A DNA stretch of 64,000 nt from an uncultured Rhodoluna sp. (GTDB lineage: Bacteria; Actinomycetota; Actinomycetes; Actinomycetales; Microbacteriaceae): NCBI GenBank assembly GCA_964394575.1, contig CAYMYB010000005.1, positions 11,141-75,140 on the forward strand, in the 5' to 3' direction. This document shows positions 38,197 to 48,489 of the stretch, in pieces. Below the pieces are notes generated by a model. That model saw nothing but the letters and a program-made list of their open reading frames with translations. It made no database searches and was not told the DNA's origin. The position numbers were made by a program, and so were the translations under genes. The stretch's first letter is position 1, and each line of letters opens with the position of its first letter.

Positions 38197-38214
38197 GGCA
38201 CTAATCTATCCAGC

Positions 38215-38820
38215 ATGAATAACTTTTTTGCACTAAATCACCAAGAAGTTAGTCTGCGCTTAGTTAGGCCACGCGATGCAAAGACTTTGGAACGTTTGGT
38301 GCTATCAAATCGGGAGTGGTTAAAACCCTGGGAGGCCACTAACCCGCATGGACCGACCTCTTTTGATTTTCGGGCACAAATAAGATCGCTAATTCGACAG
38401 ATGGATCGCGATGAAACGCTACCTTTTGTGATTTTGTATCGCAACGAAATTGTCGGACAGCTCAATGTTGCAAACATTTTGCACGGTTCAGTATCCTCCT
38501 GTGTGATCGGCTACTGGATTATTCCAGAGGTGGCTGGCCGCGGTATCACGCCAACGGCGGTTGCTCTTGCTATGGATTACATGTTTAGCACAATCGGCTT
38601 GCATCGAGTTGAAATTGCTATTCGTCCGGAGAATAAACCGAGCCTGAGAGTGGTGCAGAAGCTCGGGTTGAGGTATGAGGGCCTAAAGAAAAACTTCATT
38701 CACATCAACAACGATTGGCGGGATCATCTTATTTTTGCTTTGACCGCCGAGGAAGTTCCAGGTGGAGTCTTAAACCGTTGGCTCCGAGGGGAAGTTCCGA
38801 AAATTTCTTACGATTTTTGA
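38215..38820 (+). CDS. rimJ: GNAT N-acetyltransferase, RimJ/RimL-like
   Basis: Acetyl-CoA motif A region (GYWIIPEVAGRGITPTAV) and RVEIAIRPENKPSLRVVQKLG. It neighbours the MTHFS gene, as Rv0992c and Rv0995 do. Confidence 0.75.
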   Translation: MNNFFALNHQEVSLRLVRPRDAKTLERLVLSNREWLKPWEATNPHGPTSFDFRAQIRSLIRQMDRDETLPFVILYRNEIVGQLNVANILHGSVSSCVIGYWIIPEVAGRGITPTAVALAMDYMFSTIGLHRVEIAIRPENKPSLRVVQKLGLRYEGLKKNFIHINNDWRDHLIFALTAEEVPGGVLNRWLRGEVPKISYDF

Positions 38821-38856
38821 CAAAAATTAGTCAATTTAGACACGCCGAGAAGTAAT

Positions 38857-39285
38857 TTGTCTCAGCCGATTGTTAAATACCCTAGAGACATGGAAGCTTT
38901 TGGATCAGGTGGCATACTCTTACTCGTCATCGCCATACTCTGGTTAACTTTCATGACTCCAACTGGTCAACGACGCGAGAAAATAGTCAAAACTAAATCC
39001 GATCGCCAGCTCCGCAGGAGAAATACAGCCGATAGGCCGCTGCAATACACCACCAAGGCCAATACCCCCGTAAATAAAGGGCTTCAGGCAGAGGTAACGG
39101 TTGCTCCGTCTCCCGAAAAAGTTGTAATTAATCGACTTCCAGATCCACTTTCGGCTCGCATTGGAAGCATTGAAAACATTCCTTGGGCTGAGGTTAAAGA
39201 TTTAGAACAAGCACGTGTTGCAAAAGCAAAAATCACTTCGGAAAATCTTGATGAAATATTGAAAAGAAGACGTGCAAACGGCTAA
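38857..39285 (+). CDS. hypothetical single-TM protein
   Basis: TTG-initiated 142-aa ORF with one TM helix (GGILLLVIAILWLTFM). No family recognised. Confidence 0.4.
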   Translation: MSQPIVKYPRDMEAFGSGGILLLVIAILWLTFMTPTGQRREKIVKTKSDRQLRRRNTADRPLQYTTKANTPVNKGLQAEVTVAPSPEKVVINRLPDPLSARIGSIENIPWAEVKDLEQARVAKAKITSENLDEILKRRRANG

Positions 39286-39389
39286 AAAATTGCAATAAAA
39301 ATGTATAAAAATCAATACCAAAATTTCGTCCACATGCTTTATAAGTTCCACTAATCTTAAATAGACCCAACAGTTAGGAAAGTTGACAA

Positions 39390-40013
39390 ATGGGATTACT
39401 AGATGACTTGGTACGCGGCGGTCGTCGTCGTGCCAAAGAACTAAAGAAAGATGTCGCTGAAGTCGTTGACGATGTCAAGGACGAAGCAAAAGATGTTGTA
39501 GTTAAGACAGCGAATGCAATTGAAAAGGCAACACCTGTAGTAACTGCAAAAGCCGCAAAGGCGATAAACAAAGGTGTAGTGAAAGTAGCGAAAGCAACTC
39601 CTACGATCACTGCTAAGGCCGAAAAGGCCATTAACAAAGGAGCGAAAGTGGCAACAACCAAAGCAAAGAAGGCAGTGGCTAAGAAGCCTGCTGCTAAGAA
39701 GGCTGCACCTGCCAAGAAGGTAGCGGCTAAGAAGCCAGCTGCTAAGAAGGCAGTTGCAAAGAAGACCGTAGCCAAGAAGACAGTTGCAAAGAAGACTGTT
39801 GCTAAGAAGGCTGCACCAAAGAAGGCTGTAGCTAAGAAGGCTGCACCTGCAAAGAAGGCTGCACCTAAGAAGGCTGCTGCTAAGAAGACAGTTGCAAAGA
39901 AGACTGTTGCAAAGAAGGCTGCACCTAAGAAGGCTGTAGCTAAGAAGGTAGTAGCCAAGAAGGCTGCACCTAAGAAGGCAGTTGCAAAGAAGACTGTTGC
40001 TAAGAAGAAGTAA
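39390..40013 (+). CDS. Lys/Ala-rich histone-H1-like repeat protein (putative nucleoid-associated protein), with no HU fold
   Basis: 207 aa. Residues 45-89 contain two ~22-aa repeats ([16 protein letters not shown] / [16 protein letters not shown]). Residues 91-207 are AKK(A/T)(V/A)AKK / AAPKK tandem repeats. The gene has an AT-rich upstream region and a strong downstream terminator. Confidence 0.7.
   Translation: MGLLDDLVRGGRRRAKELKKDVAEVVDDVKDEAKDVVVKTANAIEKATPVVTAKAAKAINKGVVKVAKATPTITAKAEKAINKGAKVATTKAKKAVAKKPAAKKAAPAKKVAAKKPAAKKAVAKKTVAKKTVAKKTVAKKAAPKKAVAKKAAPAKKAAPKKAAAKKTVAKKTVAKKAAPKKAVAKKVVAKKAAPKKAVAKKTVAKKK
39660..40010 (+). repeat. in-frame tandem nucleotide repeats encoding (A/P/T/V)-A-K-K units
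   Basis: Recurrent GCTAAGAAGGCTGCACCT / GCAAAGAAGACTGTTGC units are visible across about 350 nt. Confidence 0.85.
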
Positions 40014-40030
40014 TTTTTCTTAACAAGTTG

Positions 40031-40063
40031 GACCCCGGTTTTATAACCGGGGTCTTTCTTTTT
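40031..40063 (+). terminator. rho-independent terminator
   Basis: GACCCCGGTT-TTAT-AACCGGGGTC (10-bp stem) followed by TTTCTTTTT. Confidence 0.85.
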
Positions 40064-40084
40064 AAGACCATTAGGCTAACTTAG

Positions 40085-41293
40085 GTGAGCGGCAAAGAAG
40101 AATCTCTCGGCAGTAGTTTCAATAAACTCTGGTCGGCTGCGATGTTCTCTAAATTTGCCGATGGCCTAGCCGGTGCGGCCATACCCCTTTTAGCTGCTTC
40201 GCTCACTCGAGATCCAGTACTAATTGCCATCCAATCAAATATGATGCTGTTGCCATGGCTGTTTCTGGCGATACCACTCGGTGCCATCCTTGACCGGGTT
40301 AATCGTCGCTTAGCAATGCTTTTGGTGCAGATTAGCCGAGTGCTCATTGGAGCAACGATTGCCGCTCTGATTATCTCTGGGGATTTATCTCTCTGGATGT
40401 TGATGCTCTTAACTTTTTGTTTTGGCGCTGCCGAGGTGGTTTACGATACCGCTACCCAGTCCAGCATCCCGAGCCTGCTAAAGGGCAATCAACTTGAGCG
40501 GGGAAACTCAAGGCTCCAAATTGCCGACACCATAATGCAGAGCTTCATTGGGGTTCCGCTCGGTGCAGTACTCTATGTGATTTTTACCGCCTCACCGTTT
40601 TGGGGTATAGCGCTGTGCTACGTGGTGGCCTCCTTGCTAATCTTTAGCCTTACCAAGCAGGCACTGCAGGGGAATCCGCCCGCTAAATCCGATCGAGCAA
40701 AGCTGAGCGTGGACATCAAGCAGGCTCTGGACTATCTGCTGAATCACAAGGCACTTCTGCGCTTAGTTGTGGTTACCGGGGTAGTTGCGCTTTTTTACGC
40801 TATGGGTCAGGCAACCCTGGTGCTGTTCATCCTGGATCATCTGAAAGTTCCAGAGGCTGCCTATGGCTGGGTGATGGTGCCACTTGCCGTCGGTGCATTA
40901 GTCGGAGCTTTTGCTTCACCCAAACTTTCCAAAAGATACGGCCGAAGTCCAACCCTCGCCATAAGTTTGCCGGCCTCCGCTTTCGCTCTTCTTATTGCTG
41001 GTCTTGCCCCAAATGTCACCTGGTTTGTTATAGCCAGTCTTTTTCATGGCTTTTTTATAGCCCAGTGGAACATCTTGCTAATGTCCACCTATCACCTGAT
41101 GATTCCAAATGAAATATTTGGAAGAATCCACGGTATTAGAAGAACATTCGTCTGGGGTTTGATGCCGCTTGGTGGTTTGGTCGGCGGCTTAATCGGCAAG
41201 ATCGATATAACCTTGCCGATGATAGTCGGTGGAATCTGTGCTGTTGCTGTTGCTGCCAGTCAAATTAAATTTGTCAGTTCGATTCGGACGTAA
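40085..41293 (+). CDS. MFS transporter (EntS/MFS_3-like)
   Basis: 402 aa with about 12 hydrophobic segments. GTG start. Confidence 0.75.
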   Translation: MSGKEESLGSSFNKLWSAAMFSKFADGLAGAAIPLLAASLTRDPVLIAIQSNMMLLPWLFLAIPLGAILDRVNRRLAMLLVQISRVLIGATIAALIISGDLSLWMLMLLTFCFGAAEVVYDTATQSSIPSLLKGNQLERGNSRLQIADTIMQSFIGVPLGAVLYVIFTASPFWGIALCYVVASLLIFSLTKQALQGNPPAKSDRAKLSVDIKQALDYLLNHKALLRLVVVTGVVALFYAMGQATLVLFILDHLKVPEAAYGWVMVPLAVGALVGAFASPKLSKRYGRSPTLAISLPASAFALLIAGLAPNVTWFVIASLFHGFFIAQWNILLMSTYHLMIPNEIFGRIHGIRRTFVWGLMPLGGLVGGLIGKIDITLPMIVGGICAVAVAASQIKFVSSIRT

Positions 41294-42176
41294 CTACCCA
41301 GCGACAGGCCTGCTCTAGACTCGGGTGATTAAATTGGAAACCGGTATCCAACAGCCGTTTGGCACTCATTTTTTGTGAGCAAAGCAACAGCTCTTGAGCG
41401 CCTTCACGGAAGGCTAGCTTTAGGGCAAAAGCTGGGATTCGGATAAACGTCGGGCGTTTCAGAGCGTTTCCCAACTCGCTGATCAGCTCTTTACAGGTGG
41501 CTGGTTCCGGAGCAGTTAGGTTATAGGGCCCTGAAGCACTTTGCGTGTTGATTAGATGAATTATTGCTCTAGCTTGATCTGGAAGTGAAATCCAAGCCCA
41601 CCACTGTTTTCCGCTGCCCAAAGGGCCACCGATACCAAGTCGCAGAATCGGCAGTAAACGTCCCAGGGCACCAAGCTTCCTGGATAAAACCATGGTGGTT
41701 CGAACCAAGACCACCCTTACGTCTTTCGGGGCCTTCATGGCCTCGCGCTCCCAGGCATGGGCTAAATCTGCGAGAAAACCCTCACCTTTTGGAGCAGACT
41801 CGGTAAGTAGCGTGTCACCGCAGTCTCCGTAAATGCCTGAAGCCGAACCACTGACTAAAACCTTTGGTCGATTTTTTGCCCTAGCTATTGCCTGAACTAT
41901 TGTTCTGGTTGAGTTGATTCTCGAGGCAATCAATTCCTTTTTATAGTCCCTGGTCCACGGAAGTTTGCCTGTGGTAGCCCCAGCCAGATTTACCACCGCA
42001 TCGATCTTCTCCAACACTTCAGGATCCAGGCTGAGTGTTTCTGGATCCCAGAAAACTTCGTTTTCCTTATTAGGAGCTCGGCGCACCAGTATTACTGGCG
42101 TGTGGCCGAGTTCACTTAGTTGTTTTTGTAATTCGGTGCCAATGAGCCCACTGGCTCCTGAAATCAAAACTCTCAT
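41274..42176 (-). CDS. TIGR01777-family epimerase (SDR with DUF1731 C-terminus, YfcH-like)
   Basis: MRVLISGASGLIGTEL Rossmann motif. The size and C-terminal region are typical of the family. Confidence 0.75.
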   Translation of the reverse strand: MRVLISGASGLIGTELQKQLSELGHTPVILVRRAPNKENEVFWDPETLSLDPEVLEKIDAVVNLAGATTGKLPWTRDYKKELIASRINSTRTIVQAIARAKNRPKVLVSGSASGIYGDCGDTLLTESAPKGEGFLADLAHAWEREAMKAPKDVRVVLVRTTMVLSRKLGALGRLLPILRLGIGGPLGSGKQWWAWISLPDQARAIIHLINTQSASGPYNLTAPEPATCKELISELGNALKRPTFIRIPAFALKLAFREGAQELLLCSQKMSAKRLLDTGFQFNHPSLEQACRWVVTSESN

Positions 42177-42460
42177 GCTAGGTCCCTAAACGGCCCAAAA
42201 ACTGGATTCCACTGCTCGATCGATCTTTCAGCAATCATGCCGGCTAATTCGAATGGGTCTTGATTAAGTAGATCATTGAGCTCCTCGATGCTAGCTGCCT
42301 GCCAGATCAGTAAACCGGCTGGACGATCAGTCATCGGGCCGCTGGCGAGCAGTCTTCCAGCTTCCAACTGCTCGGCCAGCCACTCGCGATGGCTTGGCCT
42401 GATCTGATTTAGTTCTATCGGATCAGCCGAGTAGCTGTAGGTGACAACATAAACGCTCAT
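42173..42460 (-). CDS. YciI-family protein
   Basis: 95 aa with the pattern VTYSY...RPSHREWL...L.ASGPM, typical of YciI-like proteins. ATGA overlap with the downstream gene. Confidence 0.7.
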   Translation of the reverse strand: MSVYVVTYSYSADPIELNQIRPSHREWLAEQLEAGRLLASGPMTDRPAGLLIWQAASIEELNDLLNQDPFELAGMIAERSIEQWNPVFGPFRDLA

Positions 42461-42464
42461 CTAA

Positions 42465-43640
42465 CTATTCTTTCGCTTGTTTGTCTTTTATGAAATTAGG
42501 TGTGATTGAAATTGCTGCCGCGGCCACCAACATAGCCACAAAGTCAAGACCAGCAGCAAGAGCGAAGCTGTGGGTTGACGAGAAGTGGTCAACGACAAAG
42601 CCGGCGATAGCCGCACCAAGACCATATCCGATGTTTTGACCAGATCCAATCCAGCCGTAAACCTCGGTAGTGTCATCCAGTTTTACTGCTTTACCGATGA
42701 TTGCGCCGATAGTGGCAAATGCAGTTGCCACACCGATGCCGGAAATAAACAAGCAGGCTCCCAACCAGATGGGGTCTTTGGCGTTAAAAAATATCAGCAG
42801 ATCGCCAATTAGCACTATGGCTAGTTGCTTGGTAAGTGCTGAGGAAGATTTCACCCGGTGGCCGAAAGCTAAACCACCGACAACCGAACCGATGGAGAGC
42901 ATCGCGATAACAAATCCCGCATCTTTTGCACCAACGGCCGCAACGGCACCAATTTCCAATGCTGAAAACGAACCGACAAAAAGCAGGTTTACCGCAATCA
43001 TGACAATAACCAGCTTGGATTTAAGGACGGCGCCGAGTTTTCTCCTTGAGCGCGGTATCGGAGCTCCGGTTACTCGTCTCAGCGAGACAAACCAGAGGCC
43101 GCCTAGAAGTTGGATCGCCGCCATTGTGGTTATCGGCACCAGGGTGTTACTGAAAGCAATCATCAGTGTTGCTAGCACTGGTCCGACAATCCAAATAATT
43201 TCCTGCAGGATGGCATCGACAGAGTAAAGGGCATTCCGCTGAGTTTCATTGGCAACCAGAGTAGGGTAGACCGCTCGAGCCGCCGGTTGTATCGGTGGCA
43301 GGGTTAAGCCAAGAAGCAGTGCATAAAAAATAGATACGCTTTGGCTCATTGGGAAAAAGCCAATCAGAAGCATGAAAATAGGCGCTAAGAAAGTGCAGCA
43401 GAGAATGATGGGCCTAATCCCGACCTTAGCCATCCACTGACCGAGAATTGGGGCGGCTACCGCTCCACCGACCGTGCTAGCCCCGATGGCAAGACCTGCG
43501 ACACTGTAATTGTCGAAGGTGCGTTCTAGATGGATGATGATGGTGATTGTTTGCATTCCGAAGGCAAATCGAGCTAAAAGCTGTGACCACAGCACTTGAT
43601 TTACACCCGGACGGCTAAGCAGTTCCCTATAGATACGCAT
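42465..43640 (-). CDS. MFS transporter
   Basis: 391 aa with about 12 hydrophobic segments. Confidence 0.75.
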   Translation of the reverse strand: MRIYRELLSRPGVNQVLWSQLLARFAFGMQTITIIIHLERTFDNYSVAGLAIGASTVGGAVAAPILGQWMAKVGIRPIILCCTFLAPIFMLLIGFFPMSQSVSIFYALLLGLTLPPIQPAARAVYPTLVANETQRNALYSVDAILQEIIWIVGPVLATLMIAFSNTLVPITTMAAIQLLGGLWFVSLRRVTGAPIPRSRRKLGAVLKSKLVIVMIAVNLLFVGSFSALEIGAVAAVGAKDAGFVIAMLSIGSVVGGLAFGHRVKSSSALTKQLAIVLIGDLLIFFNAKDPIWLGACLFISGIGVATAFATIGAIIGKAVKLDDTTEVYGWIGSGQNIGYGLGAAIAGFVVDHFSSTHSFALAAGLDFVAMLVAAAAISITPNFIKDKQAKE

Positions 43641-43661
43641 TAGTTCCAGCCTACCGCTGGG

Positions 43662-45134
43662 CTATATCCAGCTGGGCAGCCACATGTGGATCCGCCAGAA
43701 ATCGTAGCTAATCCACATTCCACTCCAGAGTGGGTAGAAGAATGCCGACAGCAGAATGCATAAAAAGACAAAACCTGAAATCAGATACTTAGCCCGCAGC
43801 GGATTGGGGGAATTTTCAAACCAAGTCTTTAAGCCAAATACCAAAATAAGTATTATCCAAGGGCTAAAGGAAACAACATAGAACTCAAATACCGTTCGGT
43901 TCATCAGGAACAGCCACGGAACATATCCAGCTATAACGCCAACTAGCAGTAGCGTTGTGATTCGATCACGAGTTCTAAACCAACTACCAATCAGCACACT
44001 GCTGGCCAAAATTGCTCCCCACCAAATCAGTGGATTGCCTAAGGCGGTAATCGCCGATACGCATGTGCTTTGCTCGGTATCAAAGGCGCAACCGCTGGCT
44101 TTCTCGTCCCAGAAGAAAGAGGTTGGTCTTAGCATGAAAATCCAGCTAAGCGGATTGGCTGAGTAGGGATGAGTTGAAGTTAAGTTAGCGTGAAATCCGT
44201 ATATCTCTTCGTGGTAATGCCAAAGAGACTGTAACGGTTTGGGCAATAATCCCAGTAAGCCGGTCGCTGGATTTGTATCGGCATAATTTCGATCCCAGCC
44301 ACTAGGTGAAAGAAACCAGCCGAACCAAGAAAGCAGGTAGCTAACTGCAGCTGGGAAAGCTACCAGGAAAAAACTTTTCACGCCCTCTATTGCAGTTGGG
44401 ACCAGCCAAAGTTTTTTATCAAGATTACCGGTCTCCTTTTCAATATTTTGGTGAGCGATGTAGTTTTTCTTCGCTGCCACCAAAAATCGATAGGCCGTGA
44501 ATACTGCCAGAAAATAAAGTCCCGACCACTTTACGGCTGTAGCCAGACCAAGAGTGATTGCCATAGCAATAAGCCACGGTCGATAGCGCGAGCTGTCAGA
44601 GAGATCACGTAGCAAGAAATAGAAAGCCAACAGTGCAAAAAATCCAAGAATCTGATCTAACAGTCCGGTTCTCGATAGCACTATGCCGACACCGTCGATG
44701 GCTAAGAACAAGCCCGCCAGATTTGCCCAAATTTTAGCCTCAAAGATTCTTTCCGCGCATTTCATGGCAAGCCAGACTGTCGCTACTCCCAAAAGCGCAA
44801 CCACTATTCGCCAGCCGAAAGCATTGCCAGGGCCAAATATCAGTAGCCCGAGTGCAATAAGCCATTTACCCAATGGCGGGTGGACCACAAAGCTCGGATC
44901 TGAAGTTAGGCCAGAGGTATCACCGGTAGCGAATTTGGCATCGGAATCACTCTGCCAATCCAGCTCGACTCCGTGAATCAGTAACGAATAGGCATCTTTT
45001 ACGTAATAGGTTTCATCAAAAACCAGAGTGTTAGGCAGGCCAAGGTCAAAAAGCCTGAGGAATGCTGCTAGACCAATGATTACCAGCGGAATCAATCTGG
45101 CTATTTGGGTCTTATTCCGTAAAAGTGTGAGCAC
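43662..45134 (-). CDS. pmt: dolichyl/polyprenyl-phosphate-mannose protein O-mannosyltransferase
   Basis: Polytopic membrane protein with the loop-1 acidic motif VFDETYYVKDA. It is divergent from rsmI, as Rv1002c is from Rv1003. Confidence 0.8.
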   Translation of the reverse strand: MLTLLRNKTQIARLIPLVIIGLAAFLRLFDLGLPNTLVFDETYYVKDAYSLLIHGVELDWQSDSDAKFATGDTSGLTSDPSFVVHPPLGKWLIALGLLIFGPGNAFGWRIVVALLGVATVWLAMKCAERIFEAKIWANLAGLFLAIDGVGIVLSRTGLLDQILGFFALLAFYFLLRDLSDSSRYRPWLIAMAITLGLATAVKWSGLYFLAVFTAYRFLVAAKKNYIAHQNIEKETGNLDKKLWLVPTAIEGVKSFFLVAFPAAVSYLLSWFGWFLSPSGWDRNYADTNPATGLLGLLPKPLQSLWHYHEEIYGFHANLTSTHPYSANPLSWIFMLRPTSFFWDEKASGCAFDTEQSTCVSAITALGNPLIWWGAILASSVLIGSWFRTRDRITTLLLVGVIAGYVPWLFLMNRTVFEFYVVSFSPWIILILVFGLKTWFENSPNPLRAKYLISGFVFLCILLSAFFYPLWSGMWISYDFWRIHMWLPSWI

Positions 45135-45163
45135 TACTAAATGTTAGTTTGCGAGAATAAATC

Positions 45164-45988
45164 ATGCTCATTTTGGCGGCAACACCGATTGGCAATTTAG
45201 CCGACGCTTCAAAAAGACTCACCCAAGCGCTATCCGAAGCCAAGGTGATAGCCGCCGAGGACACTCGGATGGTTCAGAAGCTGGCTCAAGGGCTCGGCAT
45301 AGAACTTCGTGCTCGCTTAATCAGCCTCAATGATCACAACGAGCGTGAAAAAGTCGACCAGTTGGTGGCTATCGCTGAGACCGAGGATCTACTTTTGGTT
45401 TCTGACGCCGGCATGCCCACAATCTCTGATCCCGGTTTTGTTTTAGTCAGGGCAATGGTTCAAAACGGAATAGCGGTCTCGATTATTCCTGGTCCTTCAG
45501 CGGTGTTGGCAGCATTGGCCGTCTCTGGCTTACCAACCGATCGGTTCAGTTTTGAAGGCTTCATTCCCAGAAAAGAATCAGAGCGCATTGAATTTTTTAG
45601 GAACTTGGCTGAGGAAGAGCGAACCATGGTGTTTTTTGATTCAGCTAATCGATTGGCTGAATCGGTTGAAACAGCAAAAGAGATTCTGGGTGAATTAAGG
45701 CCAGCCAGTGTTTCTAGAGAATTAACCAAGAAGTTTGAAGAAACCTTTCGTGGCAGCCTCAAAGATTTGGCCGCTTGGGCAAAGACATCACCCAAAGGTG
45801 AACTGGTACTAGTAATTGCCGGTAGAACTGAAAAGGTTCAAGCAAACTTGAGTGAATTAGTTGAGTTGGTTGAAGCACTTCGAAGTCAGGGCAAGAGCTT
45901 GAAAGACGCGGTTGCTGTGGTAGCCAAGCTGGCCGGGGTCTCTAAAAGCGCTCTCTACGATCAGACAATAGCTTCGAGAGCCGAATAG
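45164..45988 (+). CDS. rsmI: 16S rRNA (cytidine1402-2'-O)-methyltransferase
   Basis: Tetrapyrrole-methylase fold motifs: TPIGNLADAS, IAAEDTR, SDAGMPTISDPG. Confidence 0.9.
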   Translation: MLILAATPIGNLADASKRLTQALSEAKVIAAEDTRMVQKLAQGLGIELRARLISLNDHNEREKVDQLVAIAETEDLLLVSDAGMPTISDPGFVLVRAMVQNGIAVSIIPGPSAVLAALAVSGLPTDRFSFEGFIPRKESERIEFFRNLAEEERTMVFFDSANRLAESVETAKEILGELRPASVSRELTKKFEETFRGSLKDLAAWAKTSPKGELVLVIAGRTEKVQANLSELVELVEALRSQGKSLKDAVAVVAKLAGVSKSALYDQTIASRAE

Positions 45989-45998
45989 GATTAACTCG

Positions 45999-47585
45999 AT
46001 GACTGCCGCGAAAAACTCCTTTTATATAACAACGCCGATCTTTTATGTGAATGACGCCCCGCACATCGGCCACGCCTATACCGAAGTTGCCGCTGATGTC
46101 CTAGCGCGCTGGCATCGTGCCAGAGGGGAAGACTCTTTCTTGCTACTCGGAACCGACGAGCACGGCGAAAAGATTCTACGAACTGCTACGGCGAATAATT
46201 CAACCGCCCAGGCCTGGACCGACCGATTAGTCCATGATGCTTGGCTGCCGCTTCTTCAAACAATAGATATAGATAATCAGGACTTCATCAGAACCACTGA
46301 AGAGCGTCATAAACGCAACGTCCAGCGTTTTATGCAAAAGCTTTACGACGAGGGCTTCATCTATCAGGGAGCATTCAAAGGTGCATACTGCGTTGGTTGC
46401 GAGGAGTATAAAAATAAGGGTGATTTAGTCGAGGGTACTGGCGAATATCAGGGCCAAGATGTCTGCGCCATACACTCTAAGCCGGTTGAAGAACTGGAAG
46501 AAACCAACTACTTTTTCAGGCTCAGCCAATTCCAGCAACCGCTGCTGGATCACTACAGCCAGAACCCTGACTTTATTGCTCCCGAATCCGCCAGAAACGA
46601 AGTGGTTTCCTTTGTTTCCAGGGGTCTGGAAGACTTATCTATTTCTCGATCCAAGGAGAAATTTGATTGGGGAGTTGATATCCCCTGGGACAACTCACAC
46701 ATTACTTATGTCTGGTTTGACGCACTGCTAAATTATGTGACCGCTATCGGTTACGGCGAGGATGAAGCTAAATTCAAAACATACTGGCCGGCAGATATTC
46801 AAGTCGTTGGTAAAGACATCCTGCGCTTTCACGCGGTAATCTGGCCAGCCATGCTTATGGCAGCCGAGTTACCAATTCCGGGGCAGATTTTTGGTCACGG
46901 CTGGCTGCTAGTTGGTGGCGAGAAGATGTCTAAGTCGAAACTCACCGGTATCGCACCAAGTCAGATAACTGACGGGTTTGGATCGGATGCTTTCCGCTAC
47001 TACTTCATGAAGGCGGTTAACTTCGGTCAAGATGGTTCATTTAGCTGGGAAGATCTTTCGGCTAGATATCAAGCAGAGCTTGCTAACGGCTTTGGCAATT
47101 TGGCTTCAAGAACTATTGCCATGGTGAAAAGATACTTCGACGGTGTGATCCAATCGCCAGCAGAATATTCAACCGCGGATAAAAAACTGATTGCAGTTGC
47201 CGCCGATGCAGCCAAAGCAGCAAACCAGGCTATTGATCGCACTGCAATTACTGAAGCTATCGTTAGCGTGTGGACGCTGGTAGATGAGCTAAATAACTAC
47301 ATCACCACCGAAGAGCCCTGGGTCTTGGCTAAGGACGAAGCAAATCGCCAGCGACTAGCGACAGTGCTGTATTGCGCTTCGGAAGGGCTACGTGCGCTAA
47401 CTGTCCTACTCGCGCCGGTGATGCCGAAGTCAACGGCTAAATTGTGGGCGGCGCTAACGGCCGGAACGCTTGGGGATCTGGGCGAACAGAATATCTCCGA
47501 GGCCGGCAACTGGGGGCAGCTGGGCAATCCTACTGTCGGTGATCTAGATGCGCTTTTCCCACGCATCGAAAGTAAAGATGAGTAA
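45999..47585 (+). CDS. metG: methionine--tRNA ligase
   Basis: HIGH motif (PHIGHAYT) and KMSKS motif (EKMSKSK). 528 aa. Confidence 0.95.
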   Translation: MTAAKNSFYITTPIFYVNDAPHIGHAYTEVAADVLARWHRARGEDSFLLLGTDEHGEKILRTATANNSTAQAWTDRLVHDAWLPLLQTIDIDNQDFIRTTEERHKRNVQRFMQKLYDEGFIYQGAFKGAYCVGCEEYKNKGDLVEGTGEYQGQDVCAIHSKPVEELEETNYFFRLSQFQQPLLDHYSQNPDFIAPESARNEVVSFVSRGLEDLSISRSKEKFDWGVDIPWDNSHITYVWFDALLNYVTAIGYGEDEAKFKTYWPADIQVVGKDILRFHAVIWPAMLMAAELPIPGQIFGHGWLLVGGEKMSKSKLTGIAPSQITDGFGSDAFRYYFMKAVNFGQDGSFSWEDLSARYQAELANGFGNLASRTIAMVKRYFDGVIQSPAEYSTADKKLIAVAADAAKAANQAIDRTAITEAIVSVWTLVDELNNYITTEEPWVLAKDEANRQRLATVLYCASEGLRALTVLLAPVMPKSTAKLWAALTAGTLGDLGEQNISEAGNWGQLGNPTVGDLDALFPRIESKDE

Positions 47586-48489
47586 AGATCTACCCAGCGA
47601 AAACTACATTAGGGTTCGTGACCGCAAGGCAGAAGACGGGTCTAAACGTGATCTGAGTTATCCCGATTTGCCTGAACCGCTGAGAGTTGGCACCTACGAT
47701 AACCACACCCACTTGGAAATCGCCGATGGCGAGAACCCAATGGATTATCGAGAACATCTTGAGCTAGCTAATCAGGTTGGAATTTTAGGTGGGGTTCAGG
47801 TAGGTGGATCGGTAGAAACCTCCAAATGGTCGGCTGCCATAGCGGCAATAGAGCCGAGGTTGGTTGCTGCCGTGGCACTTCACCCAAACGTCGCTGCCGA
47901 GTATCAGACTCTAGCCGAGCTGGATCAAGCTATAGCGGAGATAGCCAAGCTGGCTGCCCAGCCAAGGGTTAGAGCCATTGGTGAAACAGGACTGGATTAC
48001 TTTCGAACCGAGGCAGAGCGGGTTTTTCTCCAGCAACATAGCTTTGAAGAGCATATCCAAATCGCCAAGGAGAATGACCTTGCGCTGCAGATACACGATC
48101 GTGATGCCCACGAAGATGTGGTTGGGACGCTGCTAAAAGTTGGTGCTCCCGAACGAACCGTCTTTCATTGCTTTAGCGGCGATGCTGAGTTGGCAGCGAT
48201 ACTCAAGGAGCACGGCTGGTATGCCTCGTTTGCTGGAACGGTTACTTTCAAAAAGAACCAAGCTCTGCGCGATGCTTTATCGGTACTACCAAAAGAACTA
48301 ATCCTGGTTGAAACTGATGCACCGTTTCTAACTCCAGAACCATACCGTGGCCGACCAAACTCACCGTATCTAATTCCGCTGACGGTGCGAAAGATGGCTG
48401 AGGTTTGCTTACTGACGGAAGATGAAATGGCTGCACAAATTACCAGCAATACCGAGGCTGTTTACGGTTCTTGGAAAGCGGATATCTGA
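47578..48489 (+). CDS. tatD: TatD-family metal-dependent hydrolase
   Basis: DNHTHL, IGETGLDY, QIHDRDAHED, FHCFSG and ETDAPFL motifs. I preferred the ATG at 47578 (8-nt overlap with metG) over the track start at 47548. Confidence 0.85.
   Translation: MSKDLPSENYIRVRDRKAEDGSKRDLSYPDLPEPLRVGTYDNHTHLEIADGENPMDYREHLELANQVGILGGVQVGGSVETSKWSAAIAAIEPRLVAAVALHPNVAAEYQTLAELDQAIAEIAKLAAQPRVRAIGETGLDYFRTEAERVFLQQHSFEEHIQIAKENDLALQIHDRDAHEDVVGTLLKVGAPERTVFHCFSGDAELAAILKEHGWYASFAGTVTFKKNQALRDALSVLPKELILVETDAPFLTPEPYRGRPNSPYLIPLTVRKMAEVCLLTEDEMAAQITSNTEAVYGSWKADI

Noticed and set aside
39374-39958. 194-aa minus-strand ORF (Phe/Ala/Leu/Thr-rich, looks like a polytopic membrane protein)
   Set aside because: It is the reverse complement of the AAG/GCT-rich Lys/Ala repeat gene. 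The plus-strand gene has the start context, promoter-like AT-rich region and terminator. The antisense 'hydrophobic' protein is a compositional artefact.
39660-40010. Short periodic repeats that could be mistaken for a CRISPR array or VNTR
   Set aside because: The repeats are in-frame, imperfect, lack unique spacers of constant length and encode AKK-type peptide units. They are coding repeats.
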